Part shown: in pieces, positions 45,857-55,816 of the stretch
Layout: every line of letters begins with the position of its first letter
How positions within the stretch are numbered: position 1 is the stretch's first letter
DNA from: a virus
Virus record (IMG/VR): IMGVR_UViG_3300037307_000543
Span: 3,138-67,137 of that record
Reading direction: 5' to 3' (one strand)
DNA: 64,000 nt
Program-made: the position numbers and the translations under genes
The notes under the pieces: model-generated
Database searches by the model: none
What the model was told of the DNA's origin: nothing
What the model saw: the letters and a program-made list of their open reading frames with translations, nothing else

Positions 45857-46530
45857 ACCTTTTCGGATACGTTCTTCTTCAAATACTTAGCTGGATTTCC
45901 CACCACCACAATCTCTGAATCTACGTCTTTCGTCACTACGGCTCCTGCGCCAACAAGCGATCTTCTGCCAAGCCGAATGCCAGGAAGGATAATGGCCCCA
46001 GAGCCCACATAACACTTCTCCTCTATCACGGCATTTCCAGAGATATTCACCCCAGGAGAAATGGTAGAAAAGTCCCCTATCTTAACGTCATGGCCAAGAG
46101 TACATGACAAATTCACAAAAACAAAATCTCCAATTTCTATTCCAGTAGTAAATATTGATCCTGGTGAAATAATGCAGCCTTTTCCTATATTCACATCAAA
46201 CTGAAAAATAGAAGGATCAATTAATGCTGGCGTATAAATCATTTCTTCAATCTCTGATAATTTGTTTCTTACACTTTCTTTAGCATCCGGATCTGCCAAA
46301 GCAACAATGACACTAGTCTTATTACCTGTCTTCTCGAATCTGTCTTTTATGAAATCGATATTGCCAAGACATTTGAAGTTTTCATATATTGTTTCTCCAG
46401 CAGGAATCTTGTCATCAATTACTCCAATCACATTACAGCCACGCAATCGATAAAAAGTCTGAAGCACCTCTTTGCCGATGCCTCCACCTCCATACACAAC
46501 AAAATCACTCCAAGCTTCAACTACTCTCAT
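45847..46530 (-). CDS. PglD/NeuD-family hexapeptide-repeat sugar acetyltransferase
   Basis: VVYGGGGIGKEV, VIVALAD, GHDVKIGDFSTISPGVNISG, GAGAVVTKDV, VVVGNPAK. Confidence 0.85.
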   Translation of the reverse strand: MRVVEAWSDFVVYGGGGIGKEVLQTFYRLRGCNVIGVIDDKIPAGETIYENFKCLGNIDFIKDRFEKTGNKTSVIVALADPDAKESVRNKLSEIEEMIYTPALIDPSIFQFDVNIGKGCIISPGSIFTTGIEIGDFVFVNLSCTLGHDVKIGDFSTISPGVNISGNAVIEEKCYVGSGAIILPGIRLGRRSLVGAGAVVTKDVDSEIVVVGNPAKYLKKNVSEKVWR

Positions 46531-47665
46531 TTTCTTCGCTCTCTTTGACGAGGAACAGCTCTTCTTCGATCTCTCCCATAAGCTCAGGATTCTCAAGAAA
46601 GGCACGAGTCATGCCGTTAATCCCTCGCCCTACCCTATCTCCCTTCCATAACCACCAGCCGCTCTTCTCGTAATCCACTCGCTCATCGTATTTGTGAAAC
46701 TCTCTATCAATCAGCAGTTGAGCAAACGTGGCTTCCTGAAAGATTCCTCTCTCGTCGAACATGAGATAGAAGCTTCCTCTGCGAAAAGGAGGAGCTAGTT
46801 TGTTTTTGTTTATCGTAAACGAACAAATAAGCCCTACTGGATCTGGACTATGCTGGTCTATCGAAGGATCTTTATCGGAAGGGATCTTCGCGCCGGAACT
46901 CAGTTTAATGCGAAGAGAAAACATGAAATTCTTCGCATTTCCTCCTGGAGAATATTGGGGGTCTCCAAACGTTACTCCGGGCTTTTCTCTCATTTGGTTT
47001 ACAATGATCAATGTGGCGTTTGAAGTGGTGACTTCGCTACAGAAGCGCGGAAACATGCGCGACATGGCAAGCGACTTGTCCATTTTGTCCCTCATGTTTC
47101 CCGCCTCATAGTCTCCATCGACTGCCCCCGGATCAGTGGCCGCAAGGCTATCAAGAGAAATAAGGATCGGAATCTCTCGGCTAATCGCACGAATTTTCTT
47201 GAAGCTTTTGGAGGCTAGGTTAAAAAATTCCTCCAGGTTAAAATCCCTCGGATCTTTACCTGTTTCGTCATAACGCTGTATAAAGCGAAGACGGCTCGGA
47301 TCAATACCAACTTCCAACATTCTCCGCTCTTCGTGGCTATGTTCACTATCACCGAGAAAAACGACTCCGCTTGGCTGCATGTTTAAGAATTCCCGGATGA
47401 TATGGTCAAGGAGAACAGACTTGCCCCCGGACTCAGGCCCCCATATCTCGACAGCCTTACCGTGAGGTATGCCGCCTTTTGTCCCCGGCCTGAACCCCGC
47501 AATGGCATAATCGAGGCTTACCGCGCCCGTAGGAATCCAGAAGGGGATATCTGCCCACCGCTCTTCTTCAAGTTTTCGATATTCTTTCGTTCCCAATGCT
47601 TCATCGAGATCAAGTTCGTTCGATGGTTGTTCGTTCTCGTACTCCGCCTTCTTCTTTCTCGACAT
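46517..47665 (-). CDS. recA: RecA/UvsX-family recombinase
   Basis: IPTGAVSLDYAI, EIWGPESGGKS, LDSLAA, IVNQMR, PGG, NKLAPPFR. Confidence 0.9.
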   Translation of the reverse strand: MSRKKKAEYENEQPSNELDLDEALGTKEYRKLEEERWADIPFWIPTGAVSLDYAIAGFRPGTKGGIPHGKAVEIWGPESGGKSVLLDHIIREFLNMQPSGVVFLGDSEHSHEERRMLEVGIDPSRLRFIQRYDETGKDPRDFNLEEFFNLASKSFKKIRAISREIPILISLDSLAATDPGAVDGDYEAGNMRDKMDKSLAMSRMFPRFCSEVTTSNATLIIVNQMREKPGVTFGDPQYSPGGNAKNFMFSLRIKLSSGAKIPSDKDPSIDQHSPDPVGLICSFTINKNKLAPPFRRGSFYLMFDERGIFQEATFAQLLIDREFHKYDERVDYEKSGWWLWKGDRVGRGINGMTRAFLENPELMGEIEEELFLVKESEENESS

Positions 47666-47787
47666 GACATTCCTCCGCGAGAATTTTCTCACACTCTTTC
47701 ACAACCAGCTCATCAATGGCAAAACCGTATTGCCACATAATAAGATCAAAATCGTGTCTTTCCTCGAATGACATGAATCCTCTAAAA

Positions 47788-47819
47788 GGGTCATGAAGCT
47801 ATTTTTAGCTTCATGACCC
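47788..47819. repeat. Dispersed palindrome copy 5
   Basis: GGGTCATGAAGCTA-TTTT-TAGCTTCATGACCC, 10 bp past the SSB stop. Confidence 0.85.
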
Positions 47820-47829
47820 CGGGGGCAAG

Positions 47830-48711
47830 CTACGCGTGATTCAGAGCCTTTTTCAGCTCATCCTTCTTCTTCCCGCCGGGAAGTGCCTTCACCGAGGAGC
47901 CGCCGCTGATTGAAATAGTATGAGCGAAGTCATACAGAAAATCGGGAATCGTTGCCTGATGCTTGTCAATCAGCTCCATGAGATCCTGATTGGAAAACGG
48001 AAGCTGATCATCGTTCATCGAGCGAGGGAGAAATTCCTTGATGTCTGGCCAAGAATCGACATTGCGAAATTCCTCCGGGATTGGATACGGCTTCAGAAGC
48101 GGCTTAGCATCCCAATAGAACTTGTTGGTCGGCTTACCGCTAATGAGAATGTTGTGTCCTGTATCCCAATCAAGAAGTTGATCAGGCCCGAAGTTGTCTC
48201 GGTCCTTGAGCCACTCATTGAAAGACTGAACGAGCATCCCAGGCACTTTGATGATCTTGAGAGCCGGAAGCGATCCGAAATCCGGTGGCTTCTTTTCGCC
48301 CTCGTCCTTTGTGTACTTGACCAGCAGGGCTCTGACCAGACCATACGTCCGAAGCTTGATTCCGCCCTTTCCTTCCTTGTCTCCGGCGATAATCTCGCTT
48401 TTGCGGCTCAGTTTGCCCATGGTGATGCCCCAATTGATCGCGTTGCAGATAATGCACTCGTCTCCATAGAGAGTCTTCGGACACGGAACCGAGTACGAGT
48501 AGCCCTCATCAGTTTCAGGAAGCACCGAACGGTGCTCCCCAAGAGGAACCATCCAGTCGGGAGAGGAACACGGCAAAAGTCTGATCTCGTATTCTCCGCG
48601 CCAACGCATTGAAAGCAAAAGGTTTTGCGCCGGATCGTACGTCCGCATAGCCTGATCGACTACCGCTGTGCGTTCCTCCACCCACGAAAAGTCGAATATA
48701 GGCTCGCTCAT
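47830..48711 (-). CDS. T4 gp32-like single-stranded DNA-binding protein
   Basis: YEIRLLP, EH..., CPKTLYGDECIIC, DWDTGHNI; sits among recombination genes. Confidence 0.7.
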   Translation of the reverse strand: MSEPIFDFSWVEERTAVVDQAMRTYDPAQNLLLSMRWRGEYEIRLLPCSSPDWMVPLGEHRSVLPETDEGYSYSVPCPKTLYGDECIICNAINWGITMGKLSRKSEIIAGDKEGKGGIKLRTYGLVRALLVKYTKDEGEKKPPDFGSLPALKIIKVPGMLVQSFNEWLKDRDNFGPDQLLDWDTGHNILISGKPTNKFYWDAKPLLKPYPIPEEFRNVDSWPDIKEFLPRSMNDDQLPFSNQDLMELIDKHQATIPDFLYDFAHTISISGGSSVKALPGGKKKDELKKALNHA

Positions 48712-48968
48712 TATTTGCCACCTTTCTCACTTTTTGACTTAGAAGCTCCCTTTCTGCCTCGTTTGGAGATTTTGATATCTTCCTCGGCTTCGACTTTTGT
48801 AGAAGCAAGGGCAGCCTCAATATCGTCCCAGAAAAACTTGTAGACCCCGCCGAGACGATAATGAGCAACTTGCTTGCTGCGCGCCCTGGCCTGCCACCAT
48901 GCCTTAGATAGACCCGTTCTCTCCGCCACTTCTCCAGCGCTCAAAAGATTTTCAAGAAAACCGGACAT
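48711..48968 (-). CDS. Excisionase-like helix-turn-helix protein
   Basis: LLSAGEVAERTGLSKAWW...VAHYRLGG. Confidence 0.72.
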   Translation of the reverse strand: MSGFLENLLSAGEVAERTGLSKAWWQARARSKQVAHYRLGGVYKFFWDDIEAALASTKVEAEEDIKISKRGRKGASKSKSEKGGK

Positions 48969-48977
48969 TTTTTCCTC

Positions 48978-49472
48978 CTATAGTCCTGGTTTGAGATTGC
49001 GCTCGCGCTCTATTTCAGCCTTCAGAAGTTTTAACATGTCTGCTCTCTGTTTGAGCGATTCAAAGTCGATTTGAAGCTGGTTTACAAGCGATTGCGCTAC
49101 GATATGGTTGGCCGTTTGTAAAATTACCTGTCCGTCATTTTGGACAAGCGCTTCCAAGTCCTGCACCGTCGCTGTCTTGCTGTTCCCGATTACCACCCCC
49201 GTTCCTTTGAACTCCATGTGAGTCTGAGCTTTGACGACCTTCAGATCGAGGTATTCTTTGGCCTCTTTCTCTTTTGCATGGCGCAACAGAGTTCCCACGT
49301 ACTGAAGCATCGCTGGTTGTACCTGTACTTCCTCGTCAAGATTTGCCTTGTTGATCACGAACTTCCGTGCTCTTTCTTGGGCATCGATAATCGCTCCTTC
49401 TTCAAGAGACTCGAAAAGATCTCCCAAGGAATCATTGTAGAGTTCAAAAATGCCCTCTAGGCGCTCACTCAT
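48978..49472 (-). CDS. UvsY-like recombination mediator (putative)
   Basis: Helical protein INKANLDEEVQVQPA...LKQRADML next to SSB and RecA. Confidence 0.55.
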   Translation of the reverse strand: MSERLEGIFELYNDSLGDLFESLEEGAIIDAQERARKFVINKANLDEEVQVQPAMLQYVGTLLRHAKEKEAKEYLDLKVVKAQTHMEFKGTGVVIGNSKTATVQDLEALVQNDGQVILQTANHIVAQSLVNQLQIDFESLKQRADMLKLLKAEIERERNLKPGL

Positions 49473-49821
49473 TTTCTTCTTCCTCCGTCTCCTCAACCTC
49501 TTCGGGCAGCTCGCCCAAACCAGGGATCATGACCTCGGATTCCAATTCCATAAGCCACGCCTGAGTCGAATCGTTCAGATGATAGACCTGATTCATCAAC
49601 TCGTTAGTTAGGTTAAGAACCTGAAATACACGATTCGAGAACTCGAACGAAAGATTTTTCATCGCAGAACTTCGGAACTGTCCGAGTCGGTCTTGAACCC
49701 GCCCGAGCATCATGCAGATTTCCATGTTACGCTGCTGAACGATCTTTCGCGCGTGGAGTACAAGATCGAACTCCTCATCGGCAACAACTTGATTCCCCTC
49801 TTCAGTTTTCTTCTTCACCAT
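49465..49821 (-). CDS. Hypothetical helical protein
   Basis: Likely start MVKKKTEE at 49821. Confidence 0.55.
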   Translation of the reverse strand: MVKKKTEEGNQVVADEEFDLVLHARKIVQQRNMEICMMLGRVQDRLGQFRSSAMKNLSFEFSNRVFQVLNLTNELMNQVYHLNDSTQAWLMELESEVMIPGLGELPEEVEETEEEENE

Positions 49822-52800
49822 CTTCTGTCTCCTCGTAGATTTTTTGCAAGTATGCCATTGCGGCATCGTACGCCTTTTGGTTATTGGCAGCCCCTTCTCT
49901 GAGAAGCGCTGCGGGATGTATGCAGTAAACAACCGGAACGATCTCTCCATTAACCGATTCGGGATATGCCCGCGCCTGCTCAGCCAGAAGCCGAATCCCG
50001 CCTTCCTGCTTCCTGAAAAAGAAAAGCGGAGTATTGCCAAGCGCGAGAATGATGCGCGGCTTCAACAAAGCAATCTCCTGAGACAGATATCCAAAGCACT
50101 CGGTGAGCAGCGGCCTCGGAAGTTTATTATCCTTCGGACGACACTTGTAAACGTTTGTCACAAACCACTTGCTGCGATCAAGTCCAATTGCCTTCAGACT
50201 GTTCTCAAGATAAACACCTGCCTTTCCTACAAATGGTCTTCCCTGATCTACTTCCTGCTCTCCGGGAGCCTCTCCGATAATCATGATCTGAGGATCTTGG
50301 CTAAACTCAAATGGAACCGGAGTTTCGTATGCCTTGTACAGATCACATTTTTGACACTTCGATATGGTATTTGCCAACTCCAAAAGCTCCAGTTCGTTAC
50401 AAGACATCCCGAATTCTGGTTTTACCTCCGGCAAGAACACCCCTGGAAGCATAGTCATGAGAAGGGTATTACGCTCAGACTCGGAATACACTTCTTCGCC
50501 GGAATAGACCTTTTCCCAAATGGCGGGATCTTGAGTCCCATCATTGATCTTGTCGATATGGCCCAAAGCATGATAGGTGCTCACGTTGAGATTCCGAAAA
50601 CACCCAGCGGCTATCAGCGCCCCAAGAACCTTTTTATTAACCGTCCTTTTCGGGACTCTGATTCTGAAATCTTCGAGAGATCTAAACTTTCGTTGCTCTC
50701 TTGCCTCCAAGATTGCGTCAACTGCGGCTTTGCCGACCGCTTTGATGCTATCCAATCCCACAAGGAGTTTTTCATCATATATGCGAAAGCCACCGAGCGA
50801 AGTGTTAATTTCTGGGAGCGTGATTTCGATACCGAGTCTATGAGACTCCACCAGAAAGCTCGCCCTTTTACCTTCATCGGGAGTACACGCATACAGTGCA
50901 GCCAAATATTCCATCGGGTAATGAAGCTTAAGCCACATTTGCCTGACTGCGAGTTCTGTGTATGCAACTGCATGAGATCGGTTGAACGAGTAGCGAGAAA
51001 AGTTTGCCAAATCGCTAAAGAGCCTCTCTGCGATGGAGTTAGGCATGTCAGAAGTTTTTTCACAGCCTCGGACGAATCTTTCACGGTCTTTCTCAAATTC
51101 TTCCTTCCCTTTGCTCTTGGCGATAACTCGCCGCATTTGATCCGCGGCGGGCATGTCATATCCCGCTACCCACCGAGCAATCTGCATGATCTGTTCCTGA
51201 TAGATGATAACACCGAAAGTTTCATCGCCTATGCCCTTAAGATATGACGCGTAAGGCTTAAGGCTAATTCGTCCACCCCTTGTAAGAGTGTTGATATAGC
51301 GCACCACATAGTCAGCCATCATTCCGGAATCCATTGGCCCCGGTCTCCCAAGAGCATTGATGTCAGCAAGAGTATTGAATGACGTTATTGGATGGAGCTT
51401 CTTGCAAAGGTCCGTCATTGCGCGAGTCTCAAACTGAAACGTTCCGACAGTGTGTCCCTCGCCAAAGGCGCGGCACACTTCCTCAGATCTGACATCAACC
51501 GTATTCCAGTCTATGTCTATCCCGTGACGCTCTTTGATAAATCTTCTCGCTTCAGCAACGATATCGAGCGAGCGCAGGCCCAGCACATCAAGCTTCACCC
51601 AGCCGAGATATTCCACATCGGACATTTCCCAGTTCACGCACCAGTCGTCGCCACGCTTTTCCAGCACCGCATATTCAGAGATCTCGTCGCTGCTGACCAC
51701 GATACCGGCTGCATGTTTTCCTGTCTGGCGGAGGGTTCCTATGACTCCTCTTGCGTAGTCAACTATTTGAGCTGCATTCTTGATGTCTTTTACCTTGAAC
51801 GCAAGCCTCTGCCAGTCTCCTTCAGTCTCCACAGATTCAACGCTCTTGGTCAGCTCCTTAGACTTCCAGTAATCGACTTTGAAGTACCGAGCTACGTCAG
51901 TAATGGCCGACCGAGGCTTCAGTTCGGAAAACGTATTGATGTTCGCAACACGCTCCTCACCGTATCGCGTTCTTAGGTACTCTAAAGCCTCGTGCCGTCG
52001 CGATTGAGGAAAATCAAGATCGATGTCGGGATAATCGGTACGTTCAGGATTCAAAAAGCGCTCAAAGAGCAGATCGTTCTCAAGCGGGTCAATTTGGGTA
52101 ATTCCAAGTAGGAAACACACCAATGACCCGCTTGAGCTTCCCCTCCCCGGAGACAGTTCCATACCCATACCCCGAGCCCACTCAACCAAATCATAAACCA
52201 GAAGGAAGTAGTCACTAAACGCCTTCTTTGCAATAACATCAAGCTCGTGTACCATTTGGTCTCGATACTGCATTATTTGTCCGGGAGTAGGGAATTTCTT
52301 TTTTTCCAGATATCTTTTCAGGCTTTCGGTAGCGATATCGGTTAAAACGCTATGAGATTCTCCTTTCCCAATCCGAGGAAGAACGATATTTCTTTTTTCC
52401 AGATAATACTCGATCTTATCAGCGATTACATCTGTCATTTCAAGCGCCTTTTCCCATGTTTCCGTTGGAAGATAATCAAGAGTATCTCCGCATTTGAAAA
52501 CCATTTCATAGTTCTGAGCGAGATGAAGTCCACGAAGATCGAATTCCAGTTTGCCTCCCGTGTTAAGACTTAGAAGAAAATCGTGATAACGAGAATCTCC
52601 TTCGTTCACATAATGAACGTCGTTGGTAACAACCAGTGGCAATCCGGTTTTACTTGCCAACTCATACGCCTTAAGATTTGTCCCTTGCTGGCCTGGAAGT
52701 GGAACAGGCATGAGTTCGAGATAGACATCACGCTCCGGGCTATGGAGAACATCGAGAAGGTTCTCAATGTTGGGATGATTAAGTAACCCGTGCATACAAG

Positions 52801-53185
52801 CGGTTCCGATAACCACATCAGAAAGAGTCGCCAGGAGAGACGGATCAACTCTCGGACGATAATAGAAGTTGCGGTGAGCTTCATTCATAACGCGAATCAG
52901 ACTCTTCCATCCTTTTTCATTCTTCGCGAGGATCACCACGTGATAAACCGACTCTCCTTTCGTGCGTTCGGACGCGTCGTCCACCATGTACGCCTCTACT
53001 CCCAGAATCGGCTTAATGTTGTGTTCTTTACACGCTTTCGCAAACCTCACGTGGCCGGAGATTGATCCATGATCCGTAATGGCAAGAGCCTTAAACCCCC
53101 TTTCAGCCGCAGCCGCAGCAAGAGCCTCCGGAGAGGCAAGACCATCCAAGAGAGAATAAATACTATGAACATGAAGATGAACCAT
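49802..53185 (-). CDS. dnaE: DNA polymerase III alpha (PHP + Pol C core) fused to a C-terminal family-4 uracil-DNA glycosylase
   Basis: HLHVHSIYSLLDG, ITDHG, TNDVHY, PGRGSSSGSL, PDIDLDF, KLDVLGL, FNRSHA; then CQKC, IGEAPG.QE, PFVGKAG, NVYKCRP, HPAALLR. Confidence 0.93.
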   Translation of the reverse strand: MVHLHVHSIYSLLDGLASPEALAAAAAERGFKALAITDHGSISGHVRFAKACKEHNIKPILGVEAYMVDDASERTKGESVYHVVILAKNEKGWKSLIRVMNEAHRNFYYRPRVDPSLLATLSDVVIGTACMHGLLNHPNIENLLDVLHSPERDVYLELMPVPLPGQQGTNLKAYELASKTGLPLVVTNDVHYVNEGDSRYHDFLLSLNTGGKLEFDLRGLHLAQNYEMVFKCGDTLDYLPTETWEKALEMTDVIADKIEYYLEKRNIVLPRIGKGESHSVLTDIATESLKRYLEKKKFPTPGQIMQYRDQMVHELDVIAKKAFSDYFLLVYDLVEWARGMGMELSPGRGSSSGSLVCFLLGITQIDPLENDLLFERFLNPERTDYPDIDLDFPQSRRHEALEYLRTRYGEERVANINTFSELKPRSAITDVARYFKVDYWKSKELTKSVESVETEGDWQRLAFKVKDIKNAAQIVDYARGVIGTLRQTGKHAAGIVVSSDEISEYAVLEKRGDDWCVNWEMSDVEYLGWVKLDVLGLRSLDIVAEARRFIKERHGIDIDWNTVDVRSEEVCRAFGEGHTVGTFQFETRAMTDLCKKLHPITSFNTLADINALGRPGPMDSGMMADYVVRYINTLTRGGRISLKPYASYLKGIGDETFGVIIYQEQIMQIARWVAGYDMPAADQMRRVIAKSKGKEEFEKDRERFVRGCEKTSDMPNSIAERLFSDLANFSRYSFNRSHAVAYTELAVRQMWLKLHYPMEYLAALYACTPDEGKRASFLVESHRLGIEITLPEINTSLGGFRIYDEKLLVGLDSIKAVGKAAVDAILEAREQRKFRSLEDFRIRVPKRTVNKKVLGALIAAGCFRNLNVSTYHALGHIDKINDGTQDPAIWEKVYSGEEVYSESERNTLLMTMLPGVFLPEVKPEFGMSCNELELLELANTISKCQKCDLYKAYETPVPFEFSQDPQIMIIGEAPGEQEVDQGRPFVGKAGVYLENSLKAIGLDRSKWFVTNVYKCRPKDNKLPRPLLTECFGYLSQEIALLKPRIILALGNTPLFFFRKQEGGIRLLAEQARAYPESVNGEIVPVVYCIHPAALLREGAANNQKAYDAAMAYLQKIYEETEDGEEEN

Positions 53186-53203
53186 CGAGTTTTCCTTATA
53201 GGA

Positions 53204-54118
53204 TCAGCCTATACCCAATCTATAGCGCCTGTCAAGTTTATTCTTCACAGCACCGACCATTTTCTTCAAAATCTCGAATTTGTTATTTGTTTCAGCCGAT
53301 TGCTCTTTTTGATCCGCTGGATCTCCTTCTACAAGCGGAACAATTAAGATAGAATCGAAATACGAATCAAGAGCATAATAAAGCTCAACCGCTTTATCTG
53401 TTGCGTCTGAATCGAACATTATCCGTATATCTTTGACTCCATCCAACATCCGAAGCTGTGAATCTGTCAACTCCTTCCCAAATATCGCAACGGTATTAAT
53501 TCCCTGACTCGAAAGAATCATTCGATCAAATGGTCCTTCAACAATCGTAACTGGACTATCAGAGTCCATATCATCATAGCCATATAGAAAGTCTCTTGTA
53601 TTGACCCCTGGAGGATTCTTGTAGCGGAGAGGCGCGTCATCGAGAATCGTTCGAGCTTGAAAGGATACAACTTTTTTTTGGTAGAAAATGGGAATGATGA
53701 TCCGATGCGAGTACGGAGGGATAAGGGTAAAGTAGAGCTTGTAGCGATCAATCATCCAGTCGTCTATTCCCCGCGCGAGCAGATACGACTTAGCGCCTCG
53801 TATCCAGCCGGTATCCGCTGGCAGCTTGACTTCTTCCAGCGGCTTCTCGAAGACAGGTTTGGATACGGTAAAGTCGAGAGCGCCATGCACCAGCCCATAC
53901 GCCTCGTTAATGGGAACACCGAGAAGCTCGGCAACAACCCGCACCCAGTCGCCTTTCTCTCCGCACTTGAAACAGTGGAAAACCGGCTTCTCGACCGAGA
54001 TGCAGAAATGGCGTTTGCCTTTGCCACAATACGGGCAATCGAGCGTGACGTTGGTCTCGTCATACCAGTCATATACGATCCCGTTGTCATCGAGGAATGA
54101 CGCGACATCAAACGCCAC
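53204..54118 (-). CDS. dnaG: DNA primase (zinc finger + TOPRIM)
   Basis: CPYC...HCFKCG, IIIPI, IVEGPFD, MFDSD; likely GTG start at 54118 after AAGGAG. Confidence 0.85.
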   Translation of the reverse strand: MAFDVASFLDDNGIVYDWYDETNVTLDCPYCGKGKRHFCISVEKPVFHCFKCGEKGDWVRVVAELLGVPINEAYGLVHGALDFTVSKPVFEKPLEEVKLPADTGWIRGAKSYLLARGIDDWMIDRYKLYFTLIPPYSHRIIIPIFYQKKVVSFQARTILDDAPLRYKNPPGVNTRDFLYGYDDMDSDSPVTIVEGPFDRMILSSQGINTVAIFGKELTDSQLRMLDGVKDIRIMFDSDATDKAVELYYALDSYFDSILIVPLVEGDPADQKEQSAETNNKFEILKKMVGAVKNKLDRRYRLGIG

Positions 54119-54314
54119 TTGAAAGCTCCTTTGGCAGAGCCATAGAGATGATTGACAGCCCGATACGCTGTCTATCGGATAGAGCGTATTTGCTTTTGCC
54201 CACGCCATAAATGGGAGTGAGAGCTTGTCGGCACGCAATCCACAATGCGCTCAGTTCTTCCACATCTCCTTCAATCACATACTTGCTTCCACCATTTTTT
54301 CTCGTTATCTTCAT
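54108..54314 (-). CDS. Hypothetical protein
   Basis: GGAGG ribosome-binding site. Confidence 0.5.
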   Translation of the reverse strand: MKITRKNGGSKYVIEGDVEELSALWIACRQALTPIYGVGKSKYALSDRQRIGLSIISMALPKELSSGV

Positions 54315-54326
54315 TTTGTCCTCCTT

Positions 54327-55652
54327 TCAGTCAGGAAAAAAGTCGAACATGCGTCCTGTTTCGTAATCATGGTTCAACATAAATCTTTTGCCTACTCTTC
54401 CGTATCTATTAAACTCTGGTTTGCAGATTATATCATTTTTGCTGTCGTCGCGCAAGTTCTTTTTTACTGACTTTTTAGTAAGAATAACGAAAAGGTCAGC
54501 AGTAAATACCTTGGAGATGTCTTCACTCACCGCTTCTGCGCCTACATCGTCTTTGATAAATGCGCTTCTATTGAGTTGAGTTGCGGTAATGACTGAACAG
54601 CCCGCTTGTTCTGCAAGAGCGCGAAGCTCAACCGTATTACGCCCAATGCGATGACGGAATTCTTCGTTCTTCTGCGGAGCGCCCATGAGGTCTACGTAAT
54701 CGACAATCACGCTGTCCACACGGCGTCCTTTACGGAGACTTTGATTAATATCGTACATAATTGTGGATGTATTGAGGCTATATGGAGAGACTTGAAAAAA
54801 TTCGATTGGATTGTACTTACCGTACTGCTCTGCTATCCTGTCCATAGTTGCACGAGCGATATTAGATCCGTTTGCCTTCAAGTCGAATGTGGATATCCCG
54901 GTAAGCGCGGATATAGCCCGCATGGATAGATACTTTACGCTCACTTCCAGGCTATAATAGTTTACATTAAATCCACGAAGCATCTGTCCTAGTCCAATGT
55001 TCAAAAGGAGAGTTGTTTTTCCGAGTTTTGGAGAAGCAGCAAAAATGGCAAGATTACCTACTGGCAGTCCGCCGCCGACGAGTATTTCATCAAGGCGTGA
55101 TTCTATATCGTCGTCACTTCCTCTTACGCACAGCGGAATAACTCGTAGGCTTTTGTTTTCTTCCTCGTTGATTTCAAGATTGAATACTTCTGGATGTGTA
55201 CGCCTAAAGGTCGCTATCTCTTCCACTTCTCGATAGGTCTTATATATCTCTTTGAGCTTACCGTCTTGGAGAAGAGAAAGGCATTTTTCTTGAGCCTTAA
55301 AAAGAAGAGCCGTCTCCACATGGTTCTCTACACGCACAATCACGTTGTCAATGATTGACTCAAGCAGCCTTGAATCACCATTGAGAAACGGTTCGATAAA
55401 TGCGATAGCTTTTTCTTTTATCTTATCGGGTGTTTTTATATCCAGCTTCAATTCGCTGATCACATTCATAAATGTGGGAACGGCATTCTTGCGCTTGTCT
55501 AACCGAGATACCGCTTTATAAGCAGCAATCACATCGGGAAAATTGAGAAAGTCTTTTGTTATATTGTTAATTGCATATTCTCTAAAACCAGGATCATGAA
55601 TTAAGGCAACTACGAACTGTTTCTCGAACTCGTGCTCATACGTTTCCGCCAT
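54327..55652 (-). CDS. DnaB/gp41-like replicative helicase
   Basis: AASPKLGKTT, YSLEVS, VIVDYVDLM, TATQLNR. Confidence 0.87.
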   Translation of the reverse strand: MAETYEHEFEKQFVVALIHDPGFREYAINNITKDFLNFPDVIAAYKAVSRLDKRKNAVPTFMNVISELKLDIKTPDKIKEKAIAFIEPFLNGDSRLLESIIDNVIVRVENHVETALLFKAQEKCLSLLQDGKLKEIYKTYREVEEIATFRRTHPEVFNLEINEEENKSLRVIPLCVRGSDDDIESRLDEILVGGGLPVGNLAIFAASPKLGKTTLLLNIGLGQMLRGFNVNYYSLEVSVKYLSMRAISALTGISTFDLKANGSNIARATMDRIAEQYGKYNPIEFFQVSPYSLNTSTIMYDINQSLRKGRRVDSVIVDYVDLMGAPQKNEEFRHRIGRNTVELRALAEQAGCSVITATQLNRSAFIKDDVGAEAVSEDISKVFTADLFVILTKKSVKKNLRDDSKNDIICKPEFNRYGRVGKRFMLNHDYETGRMFDFFPD

Positions 55653-55816
55653 ACCTTCCTCTCCTTCATAACTTTATCATAAGCATGCTCGGCTTGTTCA
55701 CGAGTCGTGTTTATGTTTTCGACTGCTTGAGTGAACATTATTGATCTGACCATAAGTTCACGACGAAGAACTGGATCTTTGAGAATCAATGGAATGTTCC
55801 ACCTTTTTCTTTTCAT
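55610..55816 (-). CDS. Hypothetical protein
   Basis: ORF track. Confidence 0.5.
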   Translation of the reverse strand: MKRKRWNIPLILKDPVLRRELMVRSIMFTQAVENINTTREQAEHAYDKVMKERKVWRKRMSTSSRNSS

